NCBI GenBank assembly: GCA_038087875.1
Contig: JAXLNO010000446.1
Location: 930,001-994,000 of the forward strand
Length of the DNA stretch: 64,000 bases
Source of the DNA: Malacoraja senta
Lineage: Eukaryota
Direction of reading: 5' to 3'
Positions 63,373 to 64,000 of the stretch are shown in pieces (positions within the stretch are counted from its first letter, which is position 1; every line of letters starts with the position of its first letter). The position numbers and the translations under genes were made by a program. A model generated the notes under the pieces. That model saw nothing but the letters and a program-made list of their open reading frames with translations, made no database searches and was not told the origin of the DNA.

Positions 63373-64000
63373 GGGTTGAGCCCTTTCTTCAGACTGAGAG
63401 TTACATGTCAGGCCAGTCTGAAGACGTCAGAGAGTCAGTCTGAAGAAGGGTCTCGACCCAAAACATCACCTTCCTTCTCTCCAGAGATGTTGCCTGTCCC
63501 GCTGAGTTACTCCAGTTCTTTACGCCCATGCCTGACGTAACTTCTTTTACCTGACTAGAGTCCCAATATATGGTAAAAGCTGCCAGAGGTTGGACTATAA
63601 CAAGACGTAATGAATATTTGGGCAGGTGTATGGATGGGAAATGTTTAGAGGGATATGGGTCAAACGCTGGCAAATGGACTAGTGCAGTTAGGGCATCTTG
63701 GTTGGATTGGCCAAGTTGGGCCGATGAACTGTTTCTGTGCTGTATGACCTTACGATACATTTAAAAGCTGCCCTGTACCCAAATATCTGTTACCTGGAAG
63801 CAACCAGCTCTTCCGTCAACACCTCAAAGATCTCAAAGATCCTGGCTATCAAGACCAAGATTGGCCTTGCCCACATATAGGATTTCTACCTCATCGGAGA
63901 TGCTTGGACTATCTTTAATCGGACTTCACTAGACGTTGTCTTGCACTAAACGTTATTCCCTTTATCCTGTATCTATACACCGTGGACCCCTCAAGACCAA

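Noticed and set aside
63849..64000. TCAAGACCAA direct repeat as a TSD
   Set aside because: Second copy is cut by the window edge, so the boundaries cannot be verified

Overview
Vertebrate genomic DNA, most likely from a cartilaginous fish (skate/ray inferred from the repeat families). It has one 200-N assembly gap and no recognisable host protein-coding gene. Most of the window is nested retroelement debris: at least four CR1-clade LINE families (one near-complete copy spanning ORF1 end, APE and RT), over 20 tRNA-derived HE1/V-SINE-like copies, Rex1/Babar, L1, L2, Vingi-like and RTE-derived pieces, and Penelope-like (PLE, GIY-YIG) fragments. There are also PIF/Harbinger-like MITEs, a Tc1 end, two non-autonomous Helitrons and a probable solo LTR. 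The most interesting signal is RNA-structural. (i) Minimal hammerhead-ribozyme-like cores occur in the PLE terminal repeats, including a tandem pair inside a 220-bp fold-back mini-element. (ii) Two short TSD-flanked non-coding retroposons have 5' ends that fold like HDV-type ribozymes starting at nucleotide 1. (iii) Six near-identical cassettes combine a 66-bp tandem array with a fold-back (138 bp in five, 104 bp in one) and sit inside older, more diverged PLE termini. All calls are by eye; coordinates of decayed fragments are approximate and no ribozyme activity is demonstrated.
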